Virus record (IMG/VR): IMGVR_UViG_3300025168_000070
Source of the DNA: an uncultured virus (IMG/VR IMGVR_UViG_3300025168_000070)
Taxonomy: Duplodnaviria > Heunggongvirae > Uroviricota > Caudoviricetes
Length of the DNA: 64,000 nucleotides
Strand: one strand, 5' to 3'
Both the position numbers and the translations under genes were made by a program. Of this stretch, positions 40,077 to 52,936 are shown piece after piece. Each line of letters opens with the position of its first letter. Position 1 is the stretch's first letter. The notes beneath the pieces are model-generated. The model searched no databases. It was not told the DNA's origin and saw only the letters and a list, made by a program, of their open reading frames with translations.

Positions 40077-43000
40077 TCAGTTCTCCCTTACTTCAAAGTA
40101 AAATGTGGCTCTTAGCCTACCTATCTGATTTGTGCCGCCATAACTTGTAGGACTTGTCAAGCGTAGGTTAAAACTATCACCTGCGGCAAAATCAACATCC
40201 GGTGAAGCACTTCTTGTATAAGAATTACCGCCGCTTCCTGATGAACTCCATGAATATGTTGCACCCAAATCCAAACCATTCTTTGTAATCTTATGAATAA
40301 ATGAAGTTGAGCCTGTTTCTGCACCTACATTACCGACAAACCATTCTATCTTTTTTAGTCTGCAAGCAATAGGCAAAATTGTTCCCATTGGGTTTGTTGA
40401 TGAATCAGTATTATTTACGTTATTGATACCTGCACCAAAAGACCATCTCCAACCATTTCTAAGTGATGCACTATAATATTGGTCGTTCCATTCTGCGACT
40501 ATTAACATCCTACCCGGAGATGCGAATAAAGTCCATCTTGAAGAAACGTCGGGGGCATTATTAACCGCACTCGCATTCGCTATGTAAGTTGCACCTGCGT
40601 AAAGAACGACATCCCCCGCCGAATAAGTAGTCGAAGCCGAATAAACAGTAGGTGCGGAGACAGAACCACTAGGTCCTGTCGGTCCTGTCGGTCCTGTTCC
40701 ACCTGCGGGTCCTGTCGGTCCTGTTCCACCTGCGGGTCCAGTAGGACCAGTAGGACCAGTCCCACCATTACTTCCATCATCACCGTCTGCTCCTGCTGGC
40801 CCTGTTGGACCAGTAGGTCCTGTTGGACCAGTAGGTCCTGTTGGGCCGGTAGGTCCGGTTGAACCGGATGGAATTGTAAAGGCAAAAACTTTTGCTGTGT
40901 TAGGTCCACTAGATGCTATGGCTAAAGGACCACTACTTACAGTAGGTGTTCCAAATCCACCTGCGGCACCTGTCGGTCCTGTTCCGCCATCATTTCCGTC
41001 TGCACCAGCCGGTCCAGTAGGACCTGTGGGACCAGTCGGCCCAGTCGGACCGGTAGCACCACTAGGTATAGTAAACGCAAATACTTTTGCTGTGTTAGGA
41101 CCGCTTGAAGCAATAGCCAAAGGACCTGAGCCTACTGTTGGTGTGCCAAACCCTGCGGCGGGACCAGTCGGTCCTGTGCTACCATCCGAACCGTCGCTAC
41201 CGTCTGACCCATCAGCACCGGCTGGTCCTGCGGGTCCGGTAGGACCTGTTGGGCCAGTAGGGCCAGTAGGTCCAGTTGGTCCAGTTGCTCCGGGAGGAAT
41301 TGTAAAAGCAAACACTTTAGCCGTATTTGGTCCACTAGATGCTATTGCTAAAGGTCCACTACCAACTGTTGGGGTTCCAAACCCTGCTGATGCTCCTGCT
41401 GGACCTGCACCACCGTCTGAACCATCATTACCGTCTGCTCCTGCCGGCCCTGTTGGGCCAGTCGGTCCAGTAGGTCCTGTTGGACCAGTCGGTCCAGTTG
41501 CTCCTACTGGTGAACCTGCTACGGTTAAAGAACCGGGAATATTCACTACACCGGCTGAATTGCCCGTAATCCAAACAGGGGTAGTGTTGTCTCCCGCACT
41601 TATTGATAGTTGTCTGTTTGCGGTTGCATCGGCTACATCTGCCCTACCAATTACAACATTTCCTGTTCCGCTAGTAATATTATCACCTGCGTAGGTCCCA
41701 ATACCGATGTTATAATGGCCCGTATTTACTGCCCTCAAAGAGTTTGCACCAAGACCTGTATTTCTTTGACCGCTACTTACCGCCATACCCGAATCATGTC
41801 CTATTGCCGTATTATGATAACCTCCGGCTATACCCTGAAGAGTTTGATGTCCTACTGAAACATTACCACCACCACTACCATTACCACTAGTACCTTCTTG
41901 TGATAAATCTCCAATAGCGATATTTTCTGAAGTTGTTGTAGTGTATCTATGCGCTCTATAACCAAGTCCTATGTTATTGCTTCCGGTAGTAAAACCGGCA
42001 GTTAAATAACCTACTGCTACGTTATATTGACCGCTACTTATATCAGAACCGGCCCATCCACCAATACCTACATTACCTTTGCCGGATAATGATGACGCAT
42101 CCAAAGCATAAGCACCAATACCTACGCTATAATCAGCACTTGTTATTCCACCTAATACATCTTTACCGATACCTACATTTCCTGATGCACTACTTAGTGT
42201 TCCTGTCGGCGGGGCTGCCCCATCGGGAGATATTATAATACTATCTGTGAAATTAGTAATATTAGCGATTACATCATCAAAAGAGTTTATTGAACCGCTT
42301 GCTCCCGCCGGACCCGTAGGTCCTGTTGGTCCGTCTGAACCATCAGAACCATCTGACCCATCATTACCATCTGAACCATCACTACCTGCTGGACCAGTAG
42401 GTCCGGTAGGTCCAGTTGCTCCAGTAGGTCCTGTTGGACCAGTAGGCCCAGTAGGACCGGTAGGTCCTGCGGGACCATCAGCACCTTGAGGTCCTGTTGC
42501 GCCCGGAGGAATAGTAAAGGCAAATACCTTTGCAGTATCAGGGCCGCTAGAACCAATTGCTAAAGGACCACTACCTACTGTCGGCGTACCGAATCCTGCT
42601 GCTGCTCCTGCTCCTCCTGTATTACCTGTTGGTCCTGTTGGACCCGTAGGACCTGTCGGGCCGGTAGGTCCTGCTGGACCATCAACTCCTACTGTACCTT
42701 GAGAACCAGTAGGGCCGGTAGGACCCGTAGGTCCTGTTGCTCCAGTATTTCCTCTTGGGATAGTAAAAGCAAATACCTTTGCAGTATTAGGACCACTTGA
42801 ACCTATACTAGCACTTGAACCTGCTGGTCCTGTTGCTACTGTCGGTGTACCAAATCCTGCTGCTGTCCCTGCCGGACCCGTACTACCATCTGAACCATCT
42901 GAACCATCTGAACCATCACTACCAGCAGGTCCGGTAGGACCAGTAGGACCAGTAGGACCAGTTGGGCCTGTATTACCATCAGAACCATCGGAACCTGCGG

Positions 43001-46000
43001 GTCCCGTAGGACCAGTTGGGCCTGTTGGTCCAGTAGGACCAGTTGGGCCTGTTGCTCCGGTATCTCCAGTTATATCAGCAATTTCACCCCATGAGCCTGA
43101 TGCTTTTTTGTATATCTTATCATTAGAGGTATTATAGTGGAAGTCGCCGTTGCTACCGCCACTAGGAGTAGTATTAGAAGAAGTCCATGTTGCACCAGCA
43201 GCACCAGCAGCACCAGCAGGTCCCGTTGAACCTGTTGCTCCAGCAGGTATAGAAAATGCGAATATCTTTGCAGTACTAGGTCCACTAGAAGTAATACCTA
43301 TTGGTCCTGTACTAGCAGTTGGTGTACCAAATCCAGCAGCAGCACCAGCAGGTCCCGTTGAACCATCTGAACCATCTGAACCATCAGAACCATCTGAACC
43401 TGCGGGACCTGTTGGTCCGGTAGGACCTGTTGAACCAGTAGGTCCAGTAGGACCTGTTGCTCCGTCTGAACCATCAGAACCATCAGAGCCAGCAGGACCA
43501 GTAGGCCCCGTTGGGCCAGTAGGTCCAGTAGGCCCCGTAGGACCTGTATCTCCCTGTGCAGCAAGAACATTCCAATAAGATGTGTTAGTTGGTAATATAG
43601 AACCGGATGAAGTGTGTGCTTGAATACAAATATAAGAGGATTCATCGGTTGTATAATAGACTGCATCATCCACTACATAAGCAGTTGAAGTAGCCCAAGT
43701 CCCTTTCCATACTAGACCTTCGGGTCCTGTACTACCTGCTGGACCCGTAGGCCCTGTTGGACCGGTAGGTCCGGTAGGACCTGTTGGTCCCGCACTACCT
43801 GTTGTACCTTGAGGTCCTGCGCTACCTGCTGGACCACTTGGACCAGTAGGACCTGTACCACCATCTGAACCATCACTACCTGCTGGACCACTTGGGCCAG
43901 TAGGACCAGTAGGACCTGTACCACCATCTGAACCATCCGAGCCATCAGAACCCGCCGGTCCTGTTGGTCCGGTAGGGCCTGTCGGTCCTGTCGGTCCTGT
44001 TGTACCAGTTATGTCTGCTATTTCACCCCAAGAACCACTAGCCTTTTTGTATATTTTATCGTTGCTAGTATTTAGGTGGAAATCTCCGTTGCTACCGCCT
44101 GTCGGCGTTGTGTTGCTAGAAGTCCAAGTAGCACCAGCAACTCCCCCTGCACCAGTTGGTCCTGTTGGTCCTGTTGGTCCTGTACCACCATCACTTCCGT
44201 CTGCTCCTGCTGCTCCACTAGGTCCGGTAGGACCTGTTGGACCCGTTGGTCCTGCACTTCCGTCTGAACCTGCTGCGCCACTAGGACCAGTAGGTCCGGT
44301 AGGACCTGCTGCACCAGTAGGACCTGTTGGTCCTGTACCACCATCATTACCATCACTACCTGCCGGTCCAGTAGGACCTGCCGGACCTGTTGAACCTTGA
44401 GGTCCTGCTGGACCTGTTGAACCTGCACTACCGTCTGAACCGTCTGCTCCAGCAGGACCCGTTGGACCTGTCGGTCCTGATGGGCCTGTTGGGCCACTTG
44501 GACCAGTTGAACCAGTTAAATCTGTAATTTCACTCCAAGCACCACTACTCTTTTTGTATACTTTATCATTTGAAGTGTTTAAATGAAAATCTCCATCAGA
44601 ACCACCAGTAGGAGTACTACTACTAGAAGTCCAAGTAGCACCAGCAGTACCGCTAGAGCCTGTTGAACCTGATGGACCTGTTGGTCCCGTTGGTCCGGTA
44701 GGACCTGTATTACCATCTGAACCTGCTGGACCTGTTGGTCCTGCTGCACCTGCGGGACCTGTTGCTCCGGTTGGTCCTGTTGAACCTGATGAACCTGTTG
44801 GTCCATCCCCTCCAGTCGGGCCTGATGGACCTGCTGGTCCCGTAGGACCTGCTGCTCCACTAGGTCCTGTATTACCATCAGAACCATCTGAACCTGCGGG
44901 ACCTGTTGGTCCTGACGGACCGGTAGGGCCTGTCGGACCTGCTACTCCGGTATCTCCTTTATCTCCTGTACGGGCAAACGTAACATAAAGGTCATCGTTG
45001 CTAGAAAAAGGAGAAGTTGCAGATGAAGCAACGGGAGCAACGGTAATAACAAAATAACCGGTTGCTTCGCTTAGTGCTGATATTGTAAATAAAACAAACT
45101 CTGCATTATCAGTTTTCTTACTAATTTTAACATGGCCTTTTATTGTTGATGTTGAATCATCTATTGTTCTCATGTATGATTGAATATCTTTACCATCTAT
45201 ATCATTATCATCAATATAGATATTAGTTGCTGCATTCTGAGTGGAATTGTTTAATCTTAAAAATCCACTTCCGGGGTCTGCGTTAGCAGTACTTGTTGAA
45301 AAATCATAAACAAATGTAGCACCACCAAAAGAACCATCAGAACCAGTAAGTCCAGTTGGACCGGTACTACCTGCTGGACCTGTCGGACCTGCTACGGTTG
45401 AATCTGCTCCATCTGAACCAGTAGGGCCTGTTGGTCCTGTTGGACCTGCCGGACCTTGCGCTCCTGCTGGACCAGTTGGTCCTGCAACTCCGGTTGAACC
45501 TGTTGGTCCTGTTGGACCACTAGGTCCAGTAGGTCCTGTGGAACCATCACTTCCGTCTGCTCCTGCCGGACCAGTTGAACCAGTTAACCCAGTAGGACCT
45601 GCTGCTCCTGTTGGACCACTAGGGCCTGTTGCTCCCGCCGGACCAGTTGAACCAGTATCTCCTTTATCTCCGGTTCTAGCAAATGTTAAAGCAACGTCAT
45701 TACCATTTAAGAAAGGACTAGCAGATGAAGAATCAACAGGACTTACAGTTATGTTAAAATAACCTGTTTCTTCTGAAAGTGATGATATAGTAAACATAAT
45801 AAACTTAGAGTTATCATCATATTTACTAATCTTAAGATGTCCTTTAATAGTGGATGTGGAATCGTCTATTGTTCTCATAAAGGATTGTATATCAGTAGCA
45901 TCTAAATCAGAATCATCTAGATATATATTAGTGGATGTGTTTTGGGTACTACTACCTAATCTAACTTTTCCTAATCCGGGGTCTGAATTAGTTGTAGTTG

Positions 46001-47555
46001 ATGAAAAATCATACTTAAATGACGCTCCTCCAAAATTACCAGTAGGGCCTGTATTACCAGTAGGACCTGTACTACCAGCAGGACCACTAGGTCCCGTTGG
46101 ACCGGTAGGTCCACTTGGGCCTGTATTACCATCTGAACCATCTGCTCCCGAAGGTCCTGCTGGACCTGTGGGTCCTTGACTTCCTGTTGGGCCTGTTGAA
46201 CCTATTGGCCCTGCCGGTCCTGTTGAACCTGCTGCCCCAGTAGGACCAGTAGCACCTGCGGGACCTGTTGGTCCTGCTACGGTTGAATCTGCTCCATCCG
46301 AACCATCTGCTCCCGAAGGTCCAGTTGGTCCCGAAGGACCAGTCGGTCCAGTTGGTCCTGCACTACCAGTACTACCTGTTGGGCCTTCGGGTCCAGTTGG
46401 TCCACTAGCACCTTGAGGTCCAGTTGGTCCTGCCGGTCCGGTTGAACCTGCGGGACCAGTAGGTCCATCTGCTCCTGTCGGACCTGCGGGTCCTGCATTA
46501 CCCAATGCTCCTGTCGGACCTGTTGGTCCAGTTGAACCAGTATCTCCTTTATCTCCGGTTCTAGCAAATGTTATTATTAAATCATCACCATTAACAAAAG
46601 GATTACTAGCAGAAGAATCAACTACACTTACAGTAATATCAAAGAAACCACTTTCTTCTGTTAACGATGTTATAGTCATCATTAAAAACTTAGATGTATC
46701 ATCAAGTTTTGTTAATTTAACATGACCTTTAATGGTGGATGTTGAGTCATCTATTGTTCTCATAAATGTTTGAATGTCTGTGCCGTCTAAATCTGAATCA
46801 TCTATATAGATACCAGTACTAGCATTTTGTGTATTATTGTTAAGTCTTAATTTACCTGCTCCGGGGTCTGACCTACTTACAGTAGTTGAAAAATCATATT
46901 TAAAAGAAGCACCACCAAAATTACCTTGAGGTCCAGTAGGACCGCTAGGGCCAGTAGGTCCAGTAGGACCTGCACTTCCTGTACTACCGACAGGTCCAGT
47001 AGGACCTTCAGGACCAGTACCACCAGTAGGACCAGCAACACCAGTACTACCACTAGGACCACTTGGTCCGGTAGGTCCAGTAGGACCTGATGGGCCAGCA
47101 GAACCAGTAGTACCTTGTGATAAAATTATAACCCATGTGTTAGTGCCTGTCTTTCTAATAAAGGCTTTATTATTTTGAGTTAAACTTGTTTCACCAGTTA
47201 TAGAAACTCCTAATGCGCCTGATAATGTTACGACACCACTACCTTTGTTGAATATTCTTATTTCTGTTAAGTTAACAGGGTAAGGAACACTAGAGTTAGC
47301 AGGAATCGTAATTGTCATACTACTGCCTTTATTAGCAATAATTAATCTTCCTTCATCTTCCCTAGTACAAGTATAATGGTCTGTTTTTTCTATTGTTGGT
47401 CTGACATCTATTGTATGTCCTCCAAGAGTACTTCCATCCCCAACAAAAACTGCTCCAGTAGTAGTATCACGAAACATTTGTGCGCCATCGGGTGTTACAC
47501 CGATTCGCTCTGCTTGTGTACCTGTTAATAGATTTTTACTCTGACTTAAACTCAT
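40077..47555 (-). CDS. giant modular collagen-like tail fibre/spike (2492 aa)
   Basis: hundreds of G-X-Y triplets interrupted by repeated globular modules. Confidence 0.85.
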   Translation of the reverse strand: MSLSQSKNLLTGTQAERIGVTPDGAQMFRDTTTGAVFVGDGSTLGGHTIDVRPTIEKTDHYTCTREDEGRLIIANKGSSMTITIPANSSVPYPVNLTEIRIFNKGSGVVTLSGALGVSITGETSLTQNNKAFIRKTGTNTWVIILSQGTTGSAGPSGPTGPTGPSGPSGSTGVAGPTGGTGPEGPTGPVGSTGSAGPTGPTGPSGPTGPQGNFGGASFKYDFSTTVSRSDPGAGKLRLNNNTQNASTGIYIDDSDLDGTDIQTFMRTIDDSTSTIKGHVKLTKLDDTSKFLMMTITSLTEESGFFDITVSVVDSSASNPFVNGDDLIITFARTGDKGDTGSTGPTGPTGALGNAGPAGPTGADGPTGPAGSTGPAGPTGPQGASGPTGPEGPTGSTGSAGPTGPTGPSGPTGPSGADGSDGADSTVAGPTGPAGATGPTGAAGSTGPAGPIGSTGPTGSQGPTGPAGPSGADGSDGNTGPSGPTGPTGPSGPAGSTGPTGNTGPTGNFGGASFKYDFSSTTTNSDPGLGKVRLGSSTQNTSTNIYLDDSDLDATDIQSFMRTIDDSTSTIKGHLKISKYDDNSKFIMFTISSLSEETGYFNITVSPVDSSSASPFLNGNDVALTFARTGDKGDTGSTGPAGATGPSGPTGAAGPTGLTGSTGPAGADGSDGSTGPTGPSGPTGPTGSTGVAGPTGPAGAQGPAGPTGPTGPTGSDGADSTVAGPTGPAGSTGPTGLTGSDGSFGGATFVYDFSTSTANADPGSGFLRLNNSTQNAATNIYIDDNDIDGKDIQSYMRTIDDSTSTIKGHVKISKKTDNAEFVLFTISALSEATGYFVITVAPVASSATSPFSSNDDLYVTFARTGDKGDTGVAGPTGPTGPSGPTGPAGSDGSDGNTGPSGAAGPTGPAGPSGPTGGDGPTGSSGSTGPTGATGPAGAAGPTGPAGSDGNTGPTGPTGPTGPSGSTGSSGTAGATWTSSSSTPTGGSDGDFHLNTSNDKVYKKSSGAWSEITDLTGSTGPSGPTGPSGPTGPTGPAGADGSDGSAGSTGPAGPQGSTGPAGPTGPAGSDGNDGGTGPTGPTGAAGPTGPTGPSGAAGSDGSAGPTGPTGPTGPSGAAGADGSDGGTGPTGPTGPTGAGGVAGATWTSSNTTPTGGSNGDFHLNTSNDKIYKKASGSWGEIADITGTTGPTGPTGPTGPTGPAGSDGSDGSDGGTGPTGPTGPSGPAGSDGSDGGTGPTGPSGPAGSAGPQGTTGSAGPTGPTGPTGPTGPTGPAGSTGPEGLVWKGTWATSTAYVVDDAVYYTTDESSYICIQAHTSSGSILPTNTSYWNVLAAQGDTGPTGPTGPTGPTGPTGPAGSDGSDGSDGATGPTGPTGSTGPTGPTGPAGSDGSDGSDGSDGSTGPAGAAAGFGTPTASTGPIGITSSGPSTAKIFAFSIPAGATGSTGPAGAAGAAGATWTSSNTTPSGGSNGDFHYNTSNDKIYKKASGSWGEIADITGDTGATGPTGPTGPTGPTGPTGPAGSDGSDGNTGPTGPTGPTGPTGPAGSDGSDGSDGSDGSTGPAGTAAGFGTPTVATGPAGSSASIGSSGPNTAKVFAFTIPRGNTGATGPTGPTGPTGSQGTVGVDGPAGPTGPTGPTGPTGPTGNTGGAGAAAGFGTPTVGSGPLAIGSSGPDTAKVFAFTIPPGATGPQGADGPAGPTGPTGPTGPTGPTGATGPTGPTGPAGSDGSDGNDGSDGSDGSDGPTGPTGPAGASGSINSFDDVIANITNFTDSIIISPDGAAPPTGTLSSASGNVGIGKDVLGGITSADYSVGIGAYALDASSLSGKGNVGIGGWAGSDISSGQYNVAVGYLTAGFTTGSNNIGLGYRAHRYTTTTSENIAIGDLSQEGTSGNGSGGGNVSVGHQTLQGIAGGYHNTAIGHDSGMAVSSGQRNTGLGANSLRAVNTGHYNIGIGTYAGDNITSGTGNVVIGRADVADATANRQLSISAGDNTTPVWITGNSAGVVNIPGSLTVAGSPVGATGPTGPTGPTGPTGPTGPAGADGNDGSDGGAGPAGASAGFGTPTVGSGPLAIASSGPNTAKVFAFTIPPGATGPTGPTGPTGPTGPTGPAGPAGADGSDGSDGSDGSTGPTGPAAGFGTPTVGSGPLAIASSGPNTAKVFAFTIPSGATGPTGPTGPTGPTGPAGADGNDGGTGPTGAAGGFGTPTVSSGPLAIASSGPNTAKVFAFTIPSGSTGPTGPTGPTGPTGPTGPTGPAGADGDDGSNGGTGPTGPTGPAGGTGPTGPAGGTGPTGPTGPSGSVSAPTVYSASTTYSAGDVVLYAGATYIANASAVNNAPDVSSRWTLFASPGRMLIVAEWNDQYYSASLRNGWRWSFGAGINNVNNTDSSTNPMGTILPIACRLKKIEWFVGNVGAETGSTSFIHKITKNGLDLGATYSWSSSGSGGNSYTRSASPDVDFAAGDSFNLRLTSPTSYGGTNQIGRLRATFYFEVREN

Positions 47556-47592
47556 CTCTCTCTCTGCTCCTTCTAATATGTATTTGTTATAT

Positions 47593-50526
47593 CTAACTTG
47601 TGTCTATACTACCGAAAACAACGGTTGAATAGACAGTTCCATCCGATACTAATGGACCTATGTCTATGACTGATAACCCTTCCCCTACTGGTGGGCCAGT
47701 AGGACCTGTCGGCCCACTAGGACCCGTTGGCCCCGCAGGGCCTAAACTTCCAGTAGGACCTGTCGGTCCACTAGAACCAGTAGGTCCTGATGAACCAGTA
47801 GGACCAGTAGGTCCCAAAGGACCTGCAATAGTGGAATCAGCACCCGTAGGACCAGTAGGTCCTGTACTTCCTGTACTACCAGTAGGACCACTAGGTCCAG
47901 TAGGTCCTGTGGGACCTGTATTTCCAACACTACCTGCTACACCGGTAGGTCCAGTAGGTCCTGCTGCTCCAGTTGAACCTGCGGAACCAGTATCTCCTTG
48001 TGGTCCAGTAGGACCAGTTAAACCAGTAGGCCCTGTCGGACCTGCTACTCCAGTAGGTCCTGTTGGTCCTGTTGGTCCTGCAACAGTTGAATCTGCTCCT
48101 GCCGGTCCTGTTGCTCCACTAGGACCTGCGGCTCCGGTAGGTCCTGTTGGTCCAGTAAGTCCAGTATCTCCATCATCTCCCTTAACACCTGCTGGTCCAG
48201 TAGGGCCAGTAGGACCTGCGGCTCCGGTAGGACCGGTAGGACCTGTATTACCATCTGAACCAGTTGGTCCACTAGGACCAGTTGAACCTGTCGGACCAGT
48301 TGAACCTGTCGGACCTGTCGGACCAGTAGGTCCGGCTACTGTCGAATCTGCGCCTGTCGGACCAGTAGGTCCTGTGGGACCTGCGGCTCCATCTGCTCCA
48401 GCAGGACCGCTAACACCGGTAGGGCCTGTATTTCCAGTAGGTCCCGCAGGACCAGTTGAACCTGTTGGGCCAGTAGGACCTGTCGAACCAGTAGGACCAG
48501 TAAGACCAGTATCTCCATCATCTCCTTGAGGACCACTAGGTCCTGTCGGACCAACGGCTCCTGTTGGACCGGTTGGGCCTTGAGGACCCGCTACTGTTGA
48601 ATCTGCTCCGGTTGGACCAGTAGGCCCTGTTGCTCCATCATCACCCTTAACACCAGTAGGACCAGTAGGACCACTAGGTCCTGTTGCACCAGTTGGTCCG
48701 GTTGCTCCGGCAGAACCCGTAGGTCCCGTAGGACCAGTTGAACCAGTAATACCAGTAGGCCCCGTTGGACCATCATCTCCAGTTGCTCCTGCTGGACCAG
48801 TAGGTCCAGTAGCACCAGTAGGACCAGTAGGACCTTCGGGACCAGCAACAGTTGAATCTGCACCGGCAGGACCAGTAGGACCTGTTAAACCAGTACTACC
48901 AGTAGGCCCAGTAGGACCTGTGGGTCCTGTATCTCCATCATCTCCTTTAGCACCGGCAGGTCCGGTTGGTCCAGCAGCACCAGCAACTCCACTTGCTCCA
49001 GTTGGTCCAGCAGGTCCACTAGGACCCGTTGCTCCGGTTGGACCAGTAGGCCCTGCTACTGTTGAATCTGAACCCGCAGCACCAGTAGGACCACTAGGTC
49101 CTGTTGCTCCGGTTGGTCCACTAGGTCCACTTGGACCAGTAGGCCCTGTTGCACCATCTGAACCATCAGCACCACTAGGTCCGGTCGGACCCGCAGGACC
49201 GGTTGAACCAGTAGGACCTGTTGGGCCTGTGGGACCACTAGGTCCAGCAACCGTTGAGTTTGCTCCGGTAGGACCGGTAGGTCCAGTAGCACCTGTGGGT
49301 CCCGTAGGTCCGGCTGCCCCTGTTGGACCCGCAGGACCAGCATCTCCTTGAGAACCACTAGGACCCGAAGGTCCTGCCGGTCCACTTGGTCCAGTCGAAC
49401 CTGTTGGTCCACCACTTGTAACAGTAGCCCATTCAACTCCGGTTCTCGCAGCATTTACTCTTAATACTTGATTTGAAGTACCTAATGTAGTAGTACCAGT
49501 ACCTCCATGACCTATACCTAATACCAACTCATCATCGTGCGGGATAAATACCCCATCTGATGTTTGTTTAAAACCCCAACTACCTTCTATGTTAGGTGCA
49601 GAAGAACAATATATCTTACCTCCATTTGTTGAAGTTAAAATAGCACCTGATTCTATTTTTAGATAATTTAAGTTTAATTCTGCTCCTTTACATATTCTTG
49701 CTTTAGAGCCTACACCATTAGCACTAGAGTCAATAGTTATTGAACGAATATCACAATTAAACTGTCCGTTGCTACCATAGGTTGCTAAATTACCGTTGCT
49801 AGGAATCTCAAAGAAACCAGTTGTTTTACCTTGAAAAGTCCATTGTGAAGAACCACAATAAAACGTACTACTTGCTATTGCTAGTGAATCGGTTGCTAAG
49901 TAAAACTTTTTATTTTTATCATTAATATTATGATTAGCACCAGTTATAGGAGCAAAATTAGCGTTACTATTCACAACAAGAGAATAAAAATCCACTTTAC
50001 CATGAGTACTTACTGTACTTACATAACTAACCTTAAAATTACCACTTGTTAGTGTAGTAATAGGATAAATACCATCATCAAAAGGTATATCACTTCCTGT
50101 TCCATTAACTAAATTAAAGGTAGTTATTGCTCTAGTGCCTGTATTCCAAGTAAACCCATCACCAAACTCAACTAATGTACCGTTGCTTGTACCTAATGTA
50201 TTAGCCCCATCTATTGTTATAACAACACTAGTAGTAGGTTTCCAAATACCTCCTTTCAATACTAAATGATTAGTTGTAGTAGTTATAGGAGAAAATACAG
50301 CAGCAGTACCATCTGCCTTAATCCAATCAGCAGCAATATGTATACCATCAGAGTCATCTATATTAAAATCACAATCTATTGCGTTTGCACCTGTAAAATG
50401 CAATTGACCTGCTTTTAGTGTTGCTAAATCAGCCGGTGCAGAACCACTACCATTAGCGGCTGTATTCCAATTAGAAAGTGTGCTTCCAGTTTGATTAGTA
50501 GTTCCTAGCCAATAATAAACCGTCAT
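47593..50526 (-). CDS. collagen-like fibre protein with N-terminal beta-helix-like domain
   Basis: YYWLG...W N-terminus, GHGGTG motif, ~580 aa of G-X-Y with DSTVA interruptions. Confidence 0.85.
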   Translation of the reverse strand: MTVYYWLGTTNQTGSTLSNWNTAANGSGSAPADLATLKAGQLHFTGANAIDCDFNIDDSDGIHIAADWIKADGTAAVFSPITTTTNHLVLKGGIWKPTTSVVITIDGANTLGTSNGTLVEFGDGFTWNTGTRAITTFNLVNGTGSDIPFDDGIYPITTLTSGNFKVSYVSTVSTHGKVDFYSLVVNSNANFAPITGANHNINDKNKKFYLATDSLAIASSTFYCGSSQWTFQGKTTGFFEIPSNGNLATYGSNGQFNCDIRSITIDSSANGVGSKARICKGAELNLNYLKIESGAILTSTNGGKIYCSSAPNIEGSWGFKQTSDGVFIPHDDELVLGIGHGGTGTTTLGTSNQVLRVNAARTGVEWATVTSGGPTGSTGPSGPAGPSGPSGSQGDAGPAGPTGAAGPTGPTGATGPTGPTGANSTVAGPSGPTGPTGPTGSTGPAGPTGPSGADGSDGATGPTGPSGPSGPTGATGPSGPTGAAGSDSTVAGPTGPTGATGPSGPAGPTGASGVAGAAGPTGPAGAKGDDGDTGPTGPTGPTGSTGLTGPTGPAGADSTVAGPEGPTGPTGATGPTGPAGATGDDGPTGPTGITGSTGPTGPTGSAGATGPTGATGPSGPTGPTGVKGDDGATGPTGPTGADSTVAGPQGPTGPTGAVGPTGPSGPQGDDGDTGLTGPTGSTGPTGPTGSTGPAGPTGNTGPTGVSGPAGADGAAGPTGPTGPTGADSTVAGPTGPTGPTGSTGPTGSTGPSGPTGSDGNTGPTGPTGAAGPTGPTGPAGVKGDDGDTGLTGPTGPTGAAGPSGATGPAGADSTVAGPTGPTGPTGVAGPTGPTGLTGPTGPQGDTGSAGSTGAAGPTGPTGVAGSVGNTGPTGPTGPSGPTGSTGSTGPTGPTGADSTIAGPLGPTGPTGSSGPTGSSGPTGPTGSLGPAGPTGPSGPTGPTGPPVGEGLSVIDIGPLVSDGTVYSTVVFGSIDTS

Positions 50527-50528
50527 AC

Positions 50529-50918
50529 TTATTCAATCCTAGTGCTACTCTGTGTCGTATAGAATGCTGTACCGCCTTCTTCCGCTATGAGTGCTAGGAG
50601 TGAGTCTGCTTGTTTTTGCATAGTTACTAACTGTGTTCGCAAGCGTATATCCTGTTGTCTAAACTCGTTTTCGGGAACGTACATAGGAGCAGTATCTATT
50701 AAAACCCTTAAACAATCACAACAAACTAAATATTTTATTGCATCTGATTTATTGTCATCACTTACCGCACTATCTCCTACGTTGTAATCTGTATTTCTAG
50801 ATACTTTGTTTACTTGGTTTGTTCTCATTGAAATATATTCTGTAATTGTTCCTTCGGTTAAACCTCTTGGCCTATTAAGTAAATCTCTTACTTGGCTAGT
50901 GGATACCGATATTGTCAT
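50529..50918 (-). CDS. head-tail connector-like protein
   Basis: small helical protein shortly downstream of MCP. Confidence 0.5.
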   Translation of the reverse strand: MTISVSTSQVRDLLNRPRGLTEGTITEYISMRTNQVNKVSRNTDYNVGDSAVSDDNKSDAIKYLVCCDCLRVLIDTAPMYVPENEFRQQDIRLRTQLVTMQKQADSLLALIAEEGGTAFYTTQSSTRIE

Positions 50919-51238
50919 TCTTCTTCCTCTCTGTTGTAATTGATGGGGATGTCAAGAAACACCGCATCTTTAGGTGCAACAGGAGTACGGCCTAACATAA
51001 ACACTTCGCCTGATTTAACGATTTGTCTAGCAAAATCACCGTTTGGAATCCAATAAGTAAATCCCTTAGTAAGTTTGTTTTGTGGACCGTTTCTTCTAGG
51101 TCTTCGTATAAGACGGACTAACCATCCATCTCCTTGTTCCCAATTATCAAGCCTATGCTGTAAATTAGCAAGTGTAGGCTCACTCGGTACTGGTATCTTT
51201 TTCTTCCTTAATTTTGCTGTTAATGACGCTCTGCTCAA
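50915..51238 (-). CDS. hypothetical basic protein
   Basis: 107 aa ORF in operon. Confidence 0.6.
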   Translation of the reverse strand: MSRASLTAKLRKKKIPVPSEPTLANLQHRLDNWEQGDGWLVRLIRRPRRNGPQNKLTKGFTYWIPNGDFARQIVKSGEVFMLGRTPVAPKDAVFLDIPINYNREEEE

Positions 51239-51455
51239 CTTTCACACTCTCCTTCTTACTAATAACCTTTTTAGGTTTGTTAATCTTTTTTGGCTCTGTT
51301 TTAACAACAGGTTTAGAGACAGGCTTTGCTTTAGTAGCAATAGCCCAATCTCTTACTTGCCTACGAAGAGTAAAATGTTTTATTTCTTCTTTATGCGCAT
51401 CACTCAAAGACCTACCTAGTCTTCTTTCAGCATAACCCAATAAAAACTCATTCAT
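51180..51455 (-). CDS. hypothetical Lys-rich protein
   Basis: GGAGTGA RBS before ATG 51455. Confidence 0.55.
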   Translation of the reverse strand: MNEFLLGYAERRLGRSLSDAHKEEIKHFTLRRQVRDWAIATKAKPVSKPVVKTEPKKINKPKKVISKKESVKVEQSVINSKIKEEKDTSTE

Positions 51456-51492
51456 CTTAATCACTCCATAAAGCATCCGCAACCGCATAGAA

Positions 51493-51523
51493 AACAGAAG
51501 GATAGGTTTCTATCCGTTCTGTT
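51493..51523 (-). terminator. hairpin downstream of major capsid gene
   Basis: AACAGAA-C-GGATAG-AAAC-CTATCC-TTCTGTT followed by a short T run on the - strand. Confidence 0.45.
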
Positions 51524-51557
51524 AACCATTTAATCACCTGTAATTAACTAACTATGC

Positions 51558-52460
51558 CTAAGCACTTATGTTAGTTAGTTTACAGATACGGTTATTCTTA
51601 CCTGCTGCTGCGCCATCTTGGTGTTCGTGGATTACGCAACCCATGTAGCCAGTTAGAATCCAGTCATAACCTACTCCGGGGAGTCTAGTTAATTCTGTTT
51701 CCATGAAACCAGCACCGTTGTACTGTAAGAACTCTGCTGTTTCTGCGCCCGGCACTAGTAATAGTGCTGTATCTGCAAGTCTAGCATTTCTGCTAAAGTA
51801 TACACGTAGGTTAGCGATTCTAGCCAAGTGGTCTGATAGGGATTCAACTACGTTTCCGTATAGTGTTGTGTTAAGCAAAACGCTTCTTAGTTTTGCTGGT
51901 ACTATCATAGCAAGAGGTTCATCACCGCTTACTCGACCATTCTCAAAAATCTTATCCATAGCGGATAGGATGTTAGATTCTGCATCTTCTGATGCTGTAT
52001 CCCATTCGCTTCCTGCTGCAACTGCAATTGATTGACCTGCTCCAGCAAGTAATTTCTCAAGGATTAAGTCGTCAATAACATCTGCTCTGTTTCTAACGAT
52101 AGCCAATTGTTGTCTATCCATAGTCTCAAAGTTTTCTCCACGTAGTAGTGTGCTGTCTAGGAAGACAGTCCTACCTTGTCCTTTCAAAAGGTTAGCCTCG
52201 TAGGATTGTGTACCAATGTGTGTTGGGTCAACAACTGCGTTGTCGTCTAATGGGTATGTGAAAGTACCATCCACACCAGTATACCATTTAAATGTTAACC
52301 AGTCAACAGTCCTTACACCTACTATTTGTGTACCAACAGCAATCATTGTTGATTGTAGTTGGATGAAATCACGGAGAGTTTGCTCCATAACTGCATTACC
52401 GGGACCAAAAGGTCCTGCATCCGCTTTTACGTTTAATATTTCGTCTAATGTCTTTACCAT
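51558..52460 (-). CDS. major capsid protein (HK97 fold)
   Basis: 300 aa after protease and decoration genes; strong RBS; typical MCP layout. Confidence 0.8.
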   Translation of the reverse strand: MVKTLDEILNVKADAGPFGPGNAVMEQTLRDFIQLQSTMIAVGTQIVGVRTVDWLTFKWYTGVDGTFTYPLDDNAVVDPTHIGTQSYEANLLKGQGRTVFLDSTLLRGENFETMDRQQLAIVRNRADVIDDLILEKLLAGAGQSIAVAAGSEWDTASEDAESNILSAMDKIFENGRVSGDEPLAMIVPAKLRSVLLNTTLYGNVVESLSDHLARIANLRVYFSRNARLADTALLLVPGAETAEFLQYNGAGFMETELTRLPGVGYDWILTGYMGCVIHEHQDGAAAGKNNRICKLTNISA

Positions 52461-52474
52461 ATCTAATCATCTCC

Positions 52475-52936
52475 TTAAGCAATTGCCGCCCCATGCGTAT
52501 CCACAGCGACCATAACACCCTCTGTTAAAGATGCTGTATCACCGGAAAGTGGTGCGGAAAGTGCTGTTGCTGCGTGTGCTGAATCTCCAACGTAAAGTCC
52601 TAAGATTTTCTTACTGGATGATGAAGAGTGAGAAGCAAGTCCGTTTGCTCCGATGTAAACTGTTGCTCCAAAGTTAAATGTTGAAGAAGCATCACATTGT
52701 ACCATAACTACTCCGCCTAATGGAATGTATGAAACTGTTGCTCCTGCTGTATCAAGAGCGTTGTCTGCTCCTTCACGGCTTGAGGATGCTACTGTGATTC
52801 CCATAGCAACGGAAGCGTTTGAACTCAAGTCAGCGTGATTTGCTGTTGAGCCAGCCTTTAGTATTTTTCCTGCTCCGTAAACAACAGTTGCATCTTCTAG
52901 TTCAATATTTCTTGGGGTTTTTCCTTCGTATAGCAT
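52475..52936 (-). CDS. capsid decoration/cement protein
   Basis: small Ala/Gly/Ser beta protein (G.V.V, GATVY...G) between scaffold and MCP. Confidence 0.65.
   Translation of the reverse strand: MLYEGKTPRNIELEDATVVYGAGKILKAGSTANHADLSSNASVAMGITVASSSREGADNALDTAGATVSYIPLGGVVMVQCDASSTFNFGATVYIGANGLASHSSSSSKKILGLYVGDSAHAATALSAPLSGDTASLTEGVMVAVDTHGAAIA

Noticed and set aside
40640..49410. Repetitive DNA as a CRISPR array or DGR template/variable repeat
   Set aside because: Repeats are codon-degenerate G-X-Y coding repeats; no repeat-spacer structure, no reverse transcriptase, no adenine-specific divergence seen
39570..49454. Many ORFs with GPV/PVG or LVQ/QDL repeats
   Set aside because: Antisense or alternate-frame shadows of the collagen genes
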